Shown here: positions 1 to 11,193 of the stretch, one piece after another
Numbering within the stretch: position 1 is the stretch's first letter
Layout of the letters: every line of letters begins with the position of its first letter
IMG/VR virus record: IMGVR_UViG_3300029002_000085
Length of the DNA stretch: 64,000 nucleotides
Source of the DNA: a virus
Direction: 5' to 3' (one strand)
Position numbers and translations under genes: made by a program
Notes under the pieces: model-generated
The model's input: only the letters and a program-made list of their open reading frames with translations
Database searches by the model: none
Told to the model about the DNA's origin: nothing

Positions 1-703
1 AGGCGGAGTTAGTATCCCAAATTGTTGATGACCAGTAGTATTTATCAGTCATCAGCATACTGTCACTACTCCAAAAGGTACGCATCATCTCATTGATTTT
101 ATCGCGGTAGCGGTACATCAGAAGCATTTGGCCGGATGAAGGAAGGAACCAGTTGGATTCATCCTCGATACCGTCACTTTCCAAAGTGTAGGCACGGTAT
201 GCACGGGCGGCTTCGGCAGCCGGCGCACCGATTACACCGCTATTGTTTTGGTCTTTCAGGCCGGTGATAATCAGGTCGGTATCTTCCTCACCCGTGAAGC
301 AGCCGTACATGGCACCCAGTCCTTTTTGGTTCAGGCCGTCTATGGCTTTACCCTGACCGCCCCAATAGAAGGTAGTAGTCATATCGGCATTATAGCACTC
401 CTGGGCGGCGATTACGAAGGAGTGTCCATGGGCACGGATACGAAGCCCGCGTTTGATATACAGTTGCTTATTAGCGAGCGTAAGGGAGTTCCATTCGGCA
501 GCAGTAAAGTATGCCTTGGAGTTATCCGAAATACGATTACAGGCAAGATGCAGATCAAGCAGACCGGCGGCCCACTTGATACGTTGTCCAAATTCAGATG
601 CGCGGGAATTCTCGGTGACATCCGAGAAGCCCACGGCGTTCAGTGCTGCCACTTGTGCCTGTTTATTCAAGCGAAGCAGCGTTGCGCTTTGTTCATTCGT
701 CAT
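1..703 (-). CDS. Phage structural protein (hypothetical); N-terminal 234 aa in window, gene continues off the left edge
   Basis: ATG at 703..701 sits 2 nt after the stop of the 2057-aa gene and the frame stays open to position 1 (MTNEQSATLLRLNKQ...). It is absent from the ORF track only because no stop lies in the window. Codon usage matches the neighbouring genes. Confidence 0.5.
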   Translation of the reverse strand, partial: MTNEQSATLLRLNKQAQVAALNAVGFSDVTENSRASEFGQRIKWAAGLLDLHLACNRISDNSKAYFTAAEWNSLTLANKQLYIKRGLRIRAHGHSFVIAAQECYNADMTTTFYWGGQGKAIDGLNQKGLGAMYGCFTGEEDTDLIITGLKDQNNSGVIGAPAAEAARAYRAYTLESDGIEDESNWFLPSSGQMLLMYRYRDKINEMMRTFWSSDSMLMTDKYYWSSTIWDTNSA

Positions 704-705
704 AG

Positions 706-3700
706 TTACTTGTTGATTAAATCATTAATATCCATATTGTCTTCAGCGAAGCGTTCGAGATATTCTTCGTAGGTTTCGCCGTTATAATATTCAAGGACTT
801 CATTGATGTTGTCCAGCGTTACGTTATCGTAGTACGGTTCTCCGCCATAAGACTCATTATTGAACCAGTTGATCAGGTCGATGTAGGCATCTATGACGGT
901 AAGGATGACAAGGTCGTCGATACCGGATTCAAGGGATTCGATTTCATCCGTTTCACGGATAACTGTCAGTTCATACGTGCCGTTGACTACCGGTTTATCC
1001 TGTCTGTTGCCGTCCTCATCTATTCCGGCAACTCCATATTCGAGAATGGCAAGAAGCTCGGAGCCGTCAGCCTTCAGTGTCATGTTCGAGATACGGAGCA
1101 TGGAAAGTTTACGGGATGCCGTTTGTGAAGCGAGGACGTCACGGAGCATCTGAATGGCGTCAAGTTTAGGCGACGTTTCAAGACGCAGGCGTTGGACGTT
1201 CGGCATGGATTCTATTTGCAGGCCGGACGGGGCGGAAAGACCTGTATAGGTCAGTTCAGGAAGACCGACAAAACGGAGGCTTGTCATTGTTGGTGGAAGA
1301 GAGATGTCATTAATCGGAGAAGTCTCTGCAAGAGTGATGTTCTCCAGTTTGCTACCGGACGCATTGATATGGGCGATACGTGGGCATTTGTCGGTGACGA
1401 GCGTAGCGATTTGTGTGTTCCGGATATCGAGTGATACGAGGAAGGGCATTTCGCCGCAGTTCAGCGAGGTAAGCGGTGCGTAAGAACCGATGGATTGTTC
1501 TGTATGGGTGTCAGAGCCCAAGATAAGGGTTTCCACAAGTTGCATGGCGGAGAAGCCCACCGTACTTGACAGGGAGATTTCAGACAGGTCGAGTAGCTTC
1601 ATGCGGTCAGCCTGATAGATATACAGCAAGGCGCCTTCCTCATGTGAGAAGTTGGTGAATACATATTCTTCGCCCGCTTCAAGGAAGCAGCTTTCGGAAA
1701 GGTTGCCGCTAGCGTCATTGCCGACACCGAAGTAACCGTTTTTAGCAGCGACAATCCGGATGGTGGCGTTTGATTTGGAAGATACGCGCCCGGAAATTAC
1801 ACCGCTGAAGAAATCACCGGTTTGGAAATAGCCGTCACGAATACGCCAACGTCTTTCAATGAAGGACGGAAGGGCAGTAAGTCCAAGACCTTGCAGGGCA
1901 TAAAAGTAGATAGCGTCAGAAGTGGCTGTATAGGAGATGTATTTCCGTTCACCATCGTAAGAACTAACCAGTTTCTGCCATTTTTTGAGCCGTTTGTCAA
2001 TGAAGAAATGCGTAGCTCCTTCGGGTGAAAACGGATGCAGGGTGACGCCGTCAATGGTCGCCTGAACGTTACGCATGGCGGCGGCAACAGTACGCAGGGA
2101 CAGTTCCGTACCGGATGAGTCAATCCACACTGTTTGCTGGAGATAGATGTTATTAAACAGGACGGAGCCGTAGCCGGCATAAGGGTTAGTGAATGTTTCA
2201 TCGCTCGTCCGGTTGGGGTCCACCTCGGCGTCAACCGTGCAACCACCGTCGTTGTCCTTGCTATTGAGCGTATCGCAGTCATAGATTTTATTCAGGTACA
2301 TGCGCATGGCATCCTCGGAGCTGTACACACCGTCTGTTACGGAAGCATACTCTTCCAGGAACCACATCGGCTGCATATTCTTGGCGCGTTGGTCAGTGGC
2401 GGCAAGGTAGTCGGTGAAGATGTCATAACTCAAGACACTTTCCGGGCAGGCATATTTATACAGGTTTTCCTTCCATGTTCTCTGCCAGTTTCCGCCTTTG
2501 GAGTAATCGCAGGAATCACAGAAGCGCAACCATCGGTAGAGGTTATAGGGCACTTTCTTACCCAAAGCGTAATCAATGGCGAGCTGGTCATCATCGACAA
2601 GCGATTCAAAGTAGTAAGTCCATGCCGGGAAGGTATCAGCAGAGATAGTTCCGTTATCCACGAGTTTTTGAACCCATGAGGACTTGTCCGTTTTCATGGC
2701 CATCATATCCTGAACAGAACCGACGCCCTGAAACCAGTCCATACCTTGGTAATTAAGAAGTTCGAAGCCTTCAACGGGATTAAGGACATCACCGGTGACA
2801 TTCCATTTGCCGTTTTCATACTTCATGGAACCGGACTGCTTTTTCCATGAGCCGTCCTGATACCTCATTATTCGGTACGAACTACCGCAATATAGGGAAA
2901 GCAGGTACACGCTGTCCGTATCGAGTCCGTCAGTCTGTTTGAAGCGTATCTCAATTGCGTCTAAAGTTTCGTCAGGAGTACCGAAGAACTCTATGAAGTC
3001 ACCATAATTCAGGCAACCTTTATTATAGCCGGGGGTATCTTTGAAACCGAGGGCGAACTGTTCCCCTTTGTCTTCTTTCCAGTTGCCTTTGGCATGGAAA
3101 TAGACGTTTTGCAGGCTGTCATCCTTACACCGATAGGTGGCTACCGGGTGATTGGCGGTGGAGTGGTTCATCTGCAAGCCTTCGATATGCAAGTCACCGC
3201 TGTCAAATGTTCCGTCAAATGCACGTTGGACAGGTGTCATATAGTTACCACCCAAGGCACGGTATGTAACGTTCATCATTTCACAGGCGCCGCAGTCGTT
3301 CGCATTGCCGGAATCGGAGTAATCGACTTTTACGGTAATGACATCGACCGGGATTGTATTATCACCGACCTGTACTTTGTTGATGGCAGCCAAGGCTATT
3401 GCACGGCGTCCTTCCTCCGTCGTATCGTCCGGATTAAGTAGTATGATTCGAGTGTCCTTGTTTTTGCCTTTACTCTTGGCGAGGTAGTAGCGTTTATTCT
3501 TTACCGGGCGTTTGGCAGAGGTGGTTCCCTGGTTGCGGGTTTGGACACTCACGGCCTTGAAATTACGCCACGGGCGTTCGGGGTCAAAGTAATAGAGCGT
3601 GATGTATATCTTCGTACTAGTGGAAGTGGTGCCGTCCAGTGCTTCTATATCGGAGCCTTCATAGGGGCATTCGACAATGTAAGGCATACCGCGTGAATAG

Positions 3701-6700
3701 ATTTCGGCAGCTGACGGGCGGCTTTGGGTACTACCCTCGGCTGTCTGGCTTTTAAGGACGTCCTCAAAGGCGTATTCCTTCACCATTACCTCTGTATCGG
3801 TCAGACGGACAAGGTAGTTCTTGAACGCCTGTGCCCATTCCATATAGGAGTTCCAGGCCATCATGTAATAAAGATACAAATCACCCAGTTTGCCGTCCAT
3901 CGTTATATACTTGGTTTGAATCAGGGAGCCGCCGCCCGGAACATAACCAAGACAGGCGACTTCCTCACCGTTGAGGAAGAGTTTCATCATGGAATATCGT
4001 GTGCCGTCACGTTCGACGTAGTTGCTTGCAGGTTCAACAACTACGGCTACGGTTATCTTTTCACCCTGCCAGTAGGCGCGTTCTTCACGACGGGCGACAC
4101 CATTGTTACAGAAGATGCCGACCACCCGGCCGGTGACATAGAAGCCGGCACCGGACGTTTCGTCATAGCAGCTAAGGAGCAGGGCATCATCATCGGTCAC
4201 GTTCTTGGAAGCGAAAGCGAACTGGATGGCGGCACCGTTGGATTCGATGGACGAGCCGGCAAACGGGGCATGGTTTAATGACACGCCCACATTCTCGGCT
4301 ACGCGAAGGCAGTTCTCACCCAAGAATGTGCCAAAACCGTTGGTAGTCCAGTTGGCACCGTCCACTTTCATTTCATAATTACCGCTGACAATGCTATGGT
4401 CAGTTTCCTGATTGGTACGGGATGAGAAGTCAAAGTTATAGATGGCGCCTTCTTTTATGGCGGCATCAATGGCGGAACCGCTAACTGTCACCCGGACAGG
4501 TTCGCTAGTCACGTCCTTGCATACGGCAGTATAGTTGACCGTATCGGTGCCGTCAGCCTTGTAGCCCTGCAGTTGTTGTTTGACCTGATAGGTTTTGTTA
4601 CGACTGGCAGCAATTTGTGTTACCTGCACGTTATTGGCTTTCACGCTGACGGGTGAAGTCATTTCCAACGGGTCATAACAGGCAACATCAAGTTCTACGG
4701 TTTCGTACAGTCGGACTACTCCACCGTTTTTATCATCGTATCTCAAGGCAACAAGAGGTGTGGAACTATTCGGGTCAATTACCATGACAGCCGTGTAGAT
4801 GACATTTCCTTTCACTCCGGATGCGACATCCGTTCCTTGGATGCGCAAGGGATAGGTACCGTGTTCTAGGCCGAGGGAAGCAGGGCGGATTACAACGGAG
4901 TGCGAGTAGTTGTCATTTACAACGGTGGTAGACAGGGATTGCCATTCACCATTAATCTTGATGTCAACCTGGGCACTGATACCTTTATCAGAGGTGTTGT
5001 TTCCGAACTTATAGAGTGGAAGGCTGAAACTTTCAGTTGTCGGAGTAAGCAGAGTTTCAGGGGTATAGTTGAGCACCTGCACACAGGTACAGGTAATATC
5101 AACAGCTGTTACATTGACATTCTTGGAACCGGTGTTGCCGCTTTCGTCAGTGGCTATCAGCTTGAATTTCCGAGTACCGGCAGCCGTAAAGTATGTGGTG
5201 AAGTCCAGTTCAAAGGAGAAGTCCTTCATGTCACCGGAAGATGCTTTGTTGACGGTTTCAGTCCAGACGGTAAGCCCGCTTTCACGGTCTACGAGTTCCA
5301 ATTTCTCAATCAGGTTGTCAGAGGATTCGACACCGTTCGAGGTCACAGAACGAATGGCAGCAAAGGTTCGTAACGTGGAGCCGTAAGAGCCATAGACAGG
5401 TGTCGACTGGAAAGCAATGGCAACAATGGTACCACCAGTCTGACCGCCGCCACCCGTGCCGATAGCGAACTGCACTTCATCGCCAAGGGTTTCACCGGCA
5501 GCGTTCTTCATCTGAAGTTTTACAATACCTTCTGTTTCCACGTTTACGTCGAGGTTGGCCGGAACATAGGCATAGGCGCCACCAGTTGAAAAGGCGTCCT
5601 TTCCCCCTTCCGCCGGTTCATCGGAAGTTTCAAAAACGGAACCGCCACCACCATTCCCGAAGGGTTTCCAAAGAGAAGGGGTCGCAAAATCGGACACAGC
5701 ACCCTGGAACTGCCGGGTTTCCATTTCATACTCGCCTGTTTTGTAAGTAATGATGAGACCCGTTCGCTCATATTTGACGCCAGATTCCTGTTGATAGGAG
5801 ACAATGGCGGCAATAGCGGTTTCAAGGGTATAGTAGCCGTCTTTCAATGGGCGGATCTCATCAACAATGACGATGGGGTGTGTTACATCGTCAGCGGGCG
5901 TGCCGCTCTTCATATCCTCAAGGGCTTGCTTATCCTCGGCGGACAAAAGGCCGGCTTGTTCAAGGGTAGCAGAAGGCAGACGGAAGCTGTCATCCGTTTC
6001 TTTACCGGTTGTTTTGGACACTTTCTTAAAATACACATTGAGATAGGAAGCGTCAGACAGGACGGAGAAAGAACCCGGTTTGATTATATCGGAAGGGATA
6101 TTTTTCATTGTATCTTCCAAAGACTTTCCACGGTTGCCGGGGAAAGCTTCTTCTTCACCTTCCCCAAGAGACAACGGTTCAGGCAGACATTCAGAAGGAA
6201 CTTTACTTTCTTCGTTCAAAGGAGCGATACCGTTCGCTTTTCCTATCCTTTCCTCAAAGTCATTTATTACAGAGGTCCATTTGCCCCATGTAACACTCTC
6301 ATTGGAAACAATACCTATTCGTGAGATTGTACAAACTGTACCTAAATATACACCTTCGGCATTGTCTGACATGGTAGCCAGTTGTATACACGAAGTGAAT
6401 GATTGACAAACCTTATTAAGCTCCAACCGTTCAATTTGTATATTTACAGGAATCTTAGACGAATCAACAGACAAAATACACCGATAATTCCCAATAGAAG
6501 AATCCCCAGAATACATTGTTTTTAATTTATCTTTAAAGCTACCAATAGTAGTAAAAGAGCCAATACTTTTAAATGGGTCAGTCAAAGGATTGGATTTATC
6601 AGACACTCCTGTTATACGTTTCAATAACTCGGCGTCTCCATCCGATAAATCTTTTGCAATCTTATTGACATTCTCCACTAATGCATCAAAATCACCATTC

Positions 6701-6879
6701 ACCATTTTAGCAATGGTACTTGAAAGTAAATCAATAGATATTTTCCGACCGCCACTAACTTCAACGTACATATCTTTGGATAGCTCTGTTGTATCAGTCA
6801 GTTGCTCTATTGTAAGACTGTTTGTCTTCAACGCTTGTAACACAAGGCTAATAATCTGTTGTTTTTCTGTTTCTGTCAT
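706..6879 (-). CDS. Very large tail fibre / host-specificity protein (2057 aa) with Gly-rich linkers and a leucine-rich-repeat-like C-terminal region
   Basis: Uninterrupted 6.2 kb ORF at the distal end of the tail module. It has GGGG linkers (FGNGGGGS, GTGGGGQTGG) and LRR-like LxxLxL repeats near residues 1750-1900. Call is by position and composition only. Confidence 0.55.
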   Translation of the reverse strand: MTETEKQQIISLVLQALKTNSLTIEQLTDTTELSKDMYVEVSGGRKISIDLLSSTIAKMVNGDFDALVENVNKIAKDLSDGDAELLKRITGVSDKSNPLTDPFKSIGSFTTIGSFKDKLKTMYSGDSSIGNYRCILSVDSSKIPVNIQIERLELNKVCQSFTSCIQLATMSDNAEGVYLGTVCTISRIGIVSNESVTWGKWTSVINDFEERIGKANGIAPLNEESKVPSECLPEPLSLGEGEEEAFPGNRGKSLEDTMKNIPSDIIKPGSFSVLSDASYLNVYFKKVSKTTGKETDDSFRLPSATLEQAGLLSAEDKQALEDMKSGTPADDVTHPIVIVDEIRPLKDGYYTLETAIAAIVSYQQESGVKYERTGLIITYKTGEYEMETRQFQGAVSDFATPSLWKPFGNGGGGSVFETSDEPAEGGKDAFSTGGAYAYVPANLDVNVETEGIVKLQMKNAAGETLGDEVQFAIGTGGGGQTGGTIVAIAFQSTPVYGSYGSTLRTFAAIRSVTSNGVESSDNLIEKLELVDRESGLTVWTETVNKASSGDMKDFSFELDFTTYFTAAGTRKFKLIATDESGNTGSKNVNVTAVDITCTCVQVLNYTPETLLTPTTESFSLPLYKFGNNTSDKGISAQVDIKINGEWQSLSTTVVNDNYSHSVVIRPASLGLEHGTYPLRIQGTDVASGVKGNVIYTAVMVIDPNSSTPLVALRYDDKNGGVVRLYETVELDVACYDPLEMTSPVSVKANNVQVTQIAASRNKTYQVKQQLQGYKADGTDTVNYTAVCKDVTSEPVRVTVSGSAIDAAIKEGAIYNFDFSSRTNQETDHSIVSGNYEMKVDGANWTTNGFGTFLGENCLRVAENVGVSLNHAPFAGSSIESNGAAIQFAFASKNVTDDDALLLSCYDETSGAGFYVTGRVVGIFCNNGVARREERAYWQGEKITVAVVVEPASNYVERDGTRYSMMKLFLNGEEVACLGYVPGGGSLIQTKYITMDGKLGDLYLYYMMAWNSYMEWAQAFKNYLVRLTDTEVMVKEYAFEDVLKSQTAEGSTQSRPSAAEIYSRGMPYIVECPYEGSDIEALDGTTSTSTKIYITLYYFDPERPWRNFKAVSVQTRNQGTTSAKRPVKNKRYYLAKSKGKNKDTRIILLNPDDTTEEGRRAIALAAINKVQVGDNTIPVDVITVKVDYSDSGNANDCGACEMMNVTYRALGGNYMTPVQRAFDGTFDSGDLHIEGLQMNHSTANHPVATYRCKDDSLQNVYFHAKGNWKEDKGEQFALGFKDTPGYNKGCLNYGDFIEFFGTPDETLDAIEIRFKQTDGLDTDSVYLLSLYCGSSYRIMRYQDGSWKKQSGSMKYENGKWNVTGDVLNPVEGFELLNYQGMDWFQGVGSVQDMMAMKTDKSSWVQKLVDNGTISADTFPAWTYYFESLVDDDQLAIDYALGKKVPYNLYRWLRFCDSCDYSKGGNWQRTWKENLYKYACPESVLSYDIFTDYLAATDQRAKNMQPMWFLEEYASVTDGVYSSEDAMRMYLNKIYDCDTLNSKDNDGGCTVDAEVDPNRTSDETFTNPYAGYGSVLFNNIYLQQTVWIDSSGTELSLRTVAAAMRNVQATIDGVTLHPFSPEGATHFFIDKRLKKWQKLVSSYDGERKYISYTATSDAIYFYALQGLGLTALPSFIERRWRIRDGYFQTGDFFSGVISGRVSSKSNATIRIVAAKNGYFGVGNDASGNLSESCFLEAGEEYVFTNFSHEEGALLYIYQADRMKLLDLSEISLSSTVGFSAMQLVETLILGSDTHTEQSIGSYAPLTSLNCGEMPFLVSLDIRNTQIATLVTDKCPRIAHINASGSKLENITLAETSPINDISLPPTMTSLRFVGLPELTYTGLSAPSGLQIESMPNVQRLRLETSPKLDAIQMLRDVLASQTASRKLSMLRISNMTLKADGSELLAILEYGVAGIDEDGNRQDKPVVNGTYELTVIRETDEIESLESGIDDLVILTVIDAYIDLINWFNNESYGGEPYYDNVTLDNINEVLEYYNGETYEEYLERFAEDNMDINDLINK

Positions 6880-6890
6880 AATTCTCTTTT

Positions 6891-8204
6891 TTAATCATTT
6901 TCATATACCCATACAAGCTCAATGGTCATACCAAGATTATCTATGTCGCAATCATAGACATTATCAAGATAAAGTTGGAACTCCTTCAGAGCACCAATAT
7001 CTCCACCGTTAATACCTTTCAAGACACATACACCATCCCTACTGATTACACTCCCTTCAATGAGGTTAGTATACGAATCTCCTTTATATAGTACAGCACG
7101 CAAATTTATCGAACCGTTGTCCAAATCGTTCTTTAGTCTATCCAGTCCATTAACTGTAAGTTTACCGTAACCTCTTCTACCAATATACTTGTTATCTATG
7201 TCAGTCGTCTTGATTGCAATCAAATCCCAATATGAATTTTCATCAACACCTAGGTGATGAATACTGTTGACAGTAACCATAGTATCACTATTAATAGAAA
7301 CTCCAGTATTAGGAATAGCCTTAGTCATATTGATATATGCTCCGACCTCTGCAACCTCACTTTCTGAACCATACTTGATACTACGCATTCCTTCATCATC
7401 TGCTATCCTATAAGCACCGCTTTGTACACACCTCATAGCAAGCTGGTTATTCCATTCCAAAATTGGATTCATCGTTCTTACCTTCTGTAACATTTGATTG
7501 AACACAAAACTCTTCAATCCCTCTATTTGCTGGTTAAGTTCCGGAACATTACTTTCCTTTCTGGTATATCGGACACCATCAAAGTAGACGTAATTACAGC
7601 ATAAGACACGATTCAATAATTCAGCAAACCACACAGGGCATCCCATCCCATTTCCAAGCGTGAATAATACTGTTGTATATTCGTGGCTGAATAGCTCAAC
7701 AATATCCTCATCAGAGGTCACGAACTGCTCATTATCCACACCGAACGTCCATCCGTTATCTTTGAAACCACCAGGAACGCGAAAATCAAAAAAGTATTGC
7801 ATCCCATCTATCCACCAGACAGCATCAAGACGCTGCTTATTATCTTTCATTGAATACTGAATAAGGCTGGTTTCTGATAACTCACATTCATCGTCCGTAA
7901 CTTTAAAAATCTCACTCGTATTCCCATTAACTGTTACAGTATAGTATCCACATGGAAGCAATGAAATGTTATAGAAATAAAGAATCTTATCATCATTCAT
8001 CTTCCATGAGCTTAATGATACAGGTGTAGATATATTACTTAAAAGATTATTAATGTAAACAATAGGCTCCTGCTCTCTGGGCGTCAAAATCAATTCAACA
8101 AAAATCCGGTCTGTACGTGCAAATAACTGCACATATTTGCTCTTCGCTCCAAACTTATCGGTAGACGGAGAAAAAAACAGTGGGGTAAACGGGCTTATAA
8201 TCAT
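6891..8204 (-). CDS. Tail/baseplate protein (hypothetical)
   Basis: 437-aa ORF packed between the tail genes; 12-nt gap to the downstream gene. Confidence 0.45.
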   Translation of the reverse strand: MIISPFTPLFFSPSTDKFGAKSKYVQLFARTDRIFVELILTPREQEPIVYINNLLSNISTPVSLSSWKMNDDKILYFYNISLLPCGYYTVTVNGNTSEIFKVTDDECELSETSLIQYSMKDNKQRLDAVWWIDGMQYFFDFRVPGGFKDNGWTFGVDNEQFVTSDEDIVELFSHEYTTVLFTLGNGMGCPVWFAELLNRVLCCNYVYFDGVRYTRKESNVPELNQQIEGLKSFVFNQMLQKVRTMNPILEWNNQLAMRCVQSGAYRIADDEGMRSIKYGSESEVAEVGAYINMTKAIPNTGVSINSDTMVTVNSIHHLGVDENSYWDLIAIKTTDIDNKYIGRRGYGKLTVNGLDRLKNDLDNGSINLRAVLYKGDSYTNLIEGSVISRDGVCVLKGINGGDIGALKEFQLYLDNVYDCDIDNLGMTIELVWVYEND

Positions 8205-8207
8205 ATT

Positions 8208-10199
8208 CTAGGCTTTTGTTATTGAACGGACAAATAAATCATACTTCACTCCCTCATTTCTCTCAACCACACTACTCACCTCTTTGATGTAACCTTCGTA
8301 AACAAGGCCACCTTTTTGAATCTTAATCGTTCCATCATCTGTTTGTGGAATATCCTCATCAAAGGTTGTAAATGAAACATCTCCACAAGTGACCAAATGC
8401 TCTTCAAGTATAAAGTCATCAGTTAATTTCACATCATTGACTATAACATTGCTATTCCCATCCGAAGAAGCATAATGAAGAGAATCAGCGAACATGCCAA
8501 TATACTTAGCATTAGCTTTCAACATAGCTTTCTGCCAATACATAACATTAAACATTGCATCAGGATTTAGAACACCTGCAATCTTCCAATCCGCATTCCT
8601 TTCTAGTACATATTCCGCTTTCCCAATAACCTTATTATAAGCGAGCATTGCGCCAACGATAAACACATCATTATCACTTTCGTTATCAGTAGAACTACTT
8701 CCCCTTTTCTGTGACACGATTTCCAAGCCATAAGCATCTGCACGATAAGGACTCACTAACTCTAGTGTATTGTCTGTTACTTGCAATCCAGTAGTATATT
8801 CAGCAGTAAATCGAAATTCATCACGACCATTCAAGCATTCATAATCAACTTTATCATAACCAACTTTAACTCGTGCATATATCCTAGAACTGTCTACTTT
8901 AAATTGAAAATCTGAAATGCTTCTTGATATATTCTTATTACCATTAAAAGTAAATAAGCTGTCACGATGGACAAACTTTACAATATCCCCCTCAATCTTC
9001 TGAACAAAGCCAAAACAGGCTTCCATCCAGTCTACAAACTTCGTATATGAGGTATATAATTTAGCAGACAATATCCCACGAATACTTTCGGCAGCCAAAA
9101 TAAGGCAATTGTCCAACCGATTGTCTACACCGGAAGCTATCTCGCCTTTTATACCCCCTTTACCACCATTCATACTTTTGAGCAAACTATTCAGAACAGT
9201 AATAGGTTTTACCACATCTATATTGATAGGTGATGCTATTGAAGTCCATTTAACCTGTAGTGAATATTTAGAAAAATACACCTTTCCAGGTCCGTTAACA
9301 TTCATATTACCTATCGGATCATGTATGACAAATTGAAGACATTCACCATCTTGAAGGTCTATTGCATAAACATCCCGATATTGTTCGGGTCTATAAGTGT
9401 CTTTTTCTGTTGTATGTGTATTTCCTGAATAATCGGTATTTATCCAACTCGCAATAGTGCTTGTGGTACCGTTCCCATCAACTTTAGCAAGTGTCAACAT
9501 TACATCTCCTCTGCCTAAATAAAAGTTGAATTCGGGGGTTATATATACCTTGACTGGTTTATGCGCCCTTAAAAAAGCAGGTACAGAAGTATCTAAAGTC
9601 ACAGAATTTATTTCTACAGGACTATCTGATTCTGGTAAGTCTTTTTCTACGACTTCCAATGGAAGAGACTGGAATATAGTTTTTCCTGTTATATCTCTTG
9701 AGAAATCAACATATTGCCCTCCATCTTCTAAAGAGTATCCACCACATATATAGTTCGCGTAGTAATTAAACGGTAGTCTATCATAATAAAGCTGATATAC
9801 ATCTTTTATCTCATCTACCGAATATTCGTACTGCGTTCCTTTGTTAGCCTTTATGATATTAGCGACACTATCATCTATCGAATTAATAGAAACAGTATTT
9901 CCATCATAGGTCAATGAACTGAAATCCAGTCGGCAACTGAAGAATTCCTCATAAGTATGAGAATTAGTTATAGTATAAACAGTGATACTAGCATTAGAAG
10001 CCAAATATTTGCTCAAATACTCCTCCAATATGAGATCATAGGCTTCTCCCACAAACTGGAATTTTGAAGTAAAGGTTCTAGTTATTCCTTCAAGTCCGGA
10101 GCGTTTACGGGAAAACTTTATTTCATCCCAATTCTGAATACAAGATTTGGGAATATCATAGGAAATACTATCAACTGTAAGCACATATTTACAAAGCAT
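8208..10199 (-). CDS. Tail protein (hypothetical, distal-tail/baseplate-like, 663 aa)
   Basis: Large ORF in the tail module; 4-nt gap to the next gene; no recognisable motif. Confidence 0.45.
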   Translation of the reverse strand: MLCKYVLTVDSISYDIPKSCIQNWDEIKFSRKRSGLEGITRTFTSKFQFVGEAYDLILEEYLSKYLASNASITVYTITNSHTYEEFFSCRLDFSSLTYDGNTVSINSIDDSVANIIKANKGTQYEYSVDEIKDVYQLYYDRLPFNYYANYICGGYSLEDGGQYVDFSRDITGKTIFQSLPLEVVEKDLPESDSPVEINSVTLDTSVPAFLRAHKPVKVYITPEFNFYLGRGDVMLTLAKVDGNGTTSTIASWINTDYSGNTHTTEKDTYRPEQYRDVYAIDLQDGECLQFVIHDPIGNMNVNGPGKVYFSKYSLQVKWTSIASPINIDVVKPITVLNSLLKSMNGGKGGIKGEIASGVDNRLDNCLILAAESIRGILSAKLYTSYTKFVDWMEACFGFVQKIEGDIVKFVHRDSLFTFNGNKNISRSISDFQFKVDSSRIYARVKVGYDKVDYECLNGRDEFRFTAEYTTGLQVTDNTLELVSPYRADAYGLEIVSQKRGSSSTDNESDNDVFIVGAMLAYNKVIGKAEYVLERNADWKIAGVLNPDAMFNVMYWQKAMLKANAKYIGMFADSLHYASSDGNSNVIVNDVKLTDDFILEEHLVTCGDVSFTTFDEDIPQTDDGTIKIQKGGLVYEGYIKEVSSVVERNEGVKYDLFVRSITKA

Positions 10200-10232
10200 T
10201 TTAACTCGTTTTGAACGTTCACGAGCAAATAT

Positions 10233-10264
10233 ATAGAAAAAGCCAACCGGTTTCCCGATTGGCT
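10233..10264 (-). terminator. Rho-independent terminator after the moron membrane gene
   Basis: Hairpin agccaaccgg-tttc-ccgattggct (10241-10264), followed on the minus strand by a U-run (plus-strand aaaa at 10237-10240). Confidence 0.45.
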
Positions 10265-10329
10265 AAATTCTTGAAAATCACGCTTTGTCCAAAACTAATA
10301 TAATCTACTAATTATGAGCTATATACAAA

Positions 10330-11136
10330 TCATTTTATTAAATATGGATTTTCTTCTCCCTGTGAAATATCACATGTCTTATCTGTTAAATAATAAAATG
10401 AGTCTCTTGTTTCAACAAAGACATTTCGCATCAATCTCTCAAATTCTTTAAAATTGGAAGATTCTTTAGGATAATAGATATTTTTAAACAAATGGGCTTC
10501 ATCTAACAATTCATAATACAAAATACCCTTTAGAGCCTTTTCCTCTGTTTTACGTTTATCACCAAGAAGGAGATATAAAACAACAAACAATTCTTTATCT
10601 CCCATTTGGGCTTGTATAATATCATAATACTTCTTCTTTTTTTTAATTGAGGTCAAAACCTCACTCAAATAAATATATTTATATAGTTGATATAAATGAC
10701 GATAATACCTCATTAAATGTCGACTTTTGCCATTATCTAAATTCCTCTCAAATTCTACTGGCACTAAATCATTTGAATTTGAAATAAAAATAGAAACAAC
10801 CTCATCATAATATTTTTCAATATCCACCTTGCACTCATTATATATGGAATTATGCATCTCAAGCCATTGAAAAAAAGAAGATTCAAACTGTAATATAGAT
10901 GATAATTCCTGCTGACTTCTATAAGTCATAAAGATAAAAATTATAGAAATTAATGATAGACTAAAACCACAAAATGTAGCAAATCCAGCCCAATCATCTA
11001 TATCAGTAGAAATCGGTCCGTTAAAATATCTAGAATAGAACACCAGACAGGACACAACAATACCAGTACTCAAACAAAACGACACCATTATTGGATTTCG
11101 TTTTAAGTATTCTAAAAAACTCATTCTTCTTTTCAT
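10330..11136 (-). CDS. Membrane protein (two N-terminal TM helices), moron gene
   Basis: 268-aa ORF with hydrophobic segments VSFCLSTGIVVSCLVF and FATFCGFSLSLISIIFIFMTY, then a Lys/Tyr-rich soluble domain. Lies downstream of the sigma factor gene. Confidence 0.5.
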   Translation of the reverse strand: MKRRMSFLEYLKRNPIMVSFCLSTGIVVSCLVFYSRYFNGPISTDIDDWAGFATFCGFSLSLISIIFIFMTYRSQQELSSILQFESSFFQWLEMHNSIYNECKVDIEKYYDEVVSIFISNSNDLVPVEFERNLDNGKSRHLMRYYRHLYQLYKYIYLSEVLTSIKKKKKYYDIIQAQMGDKELFVVLYLLLGDKRKTEEKALKGILYYELLDEAHLFKNIYYPKESSNFKEFERLMRNVFVETRDSFYYLTDKTCDISQGEENPYLIK

Positions 11137-11193
11137 AGCTTATTCTTTTTAGCAAAAATATAAAAATTCACAATAACACATATATATAAGCCA

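Noticed and set aside
248-1434. Plus-strand ORFs 248..772, 453..716, 893..1153 and 1192..1434
   Set aside because: They lie antisense within long, tightly packed minus-strand structural genes and have no promoter context. They are shadow ORFs.
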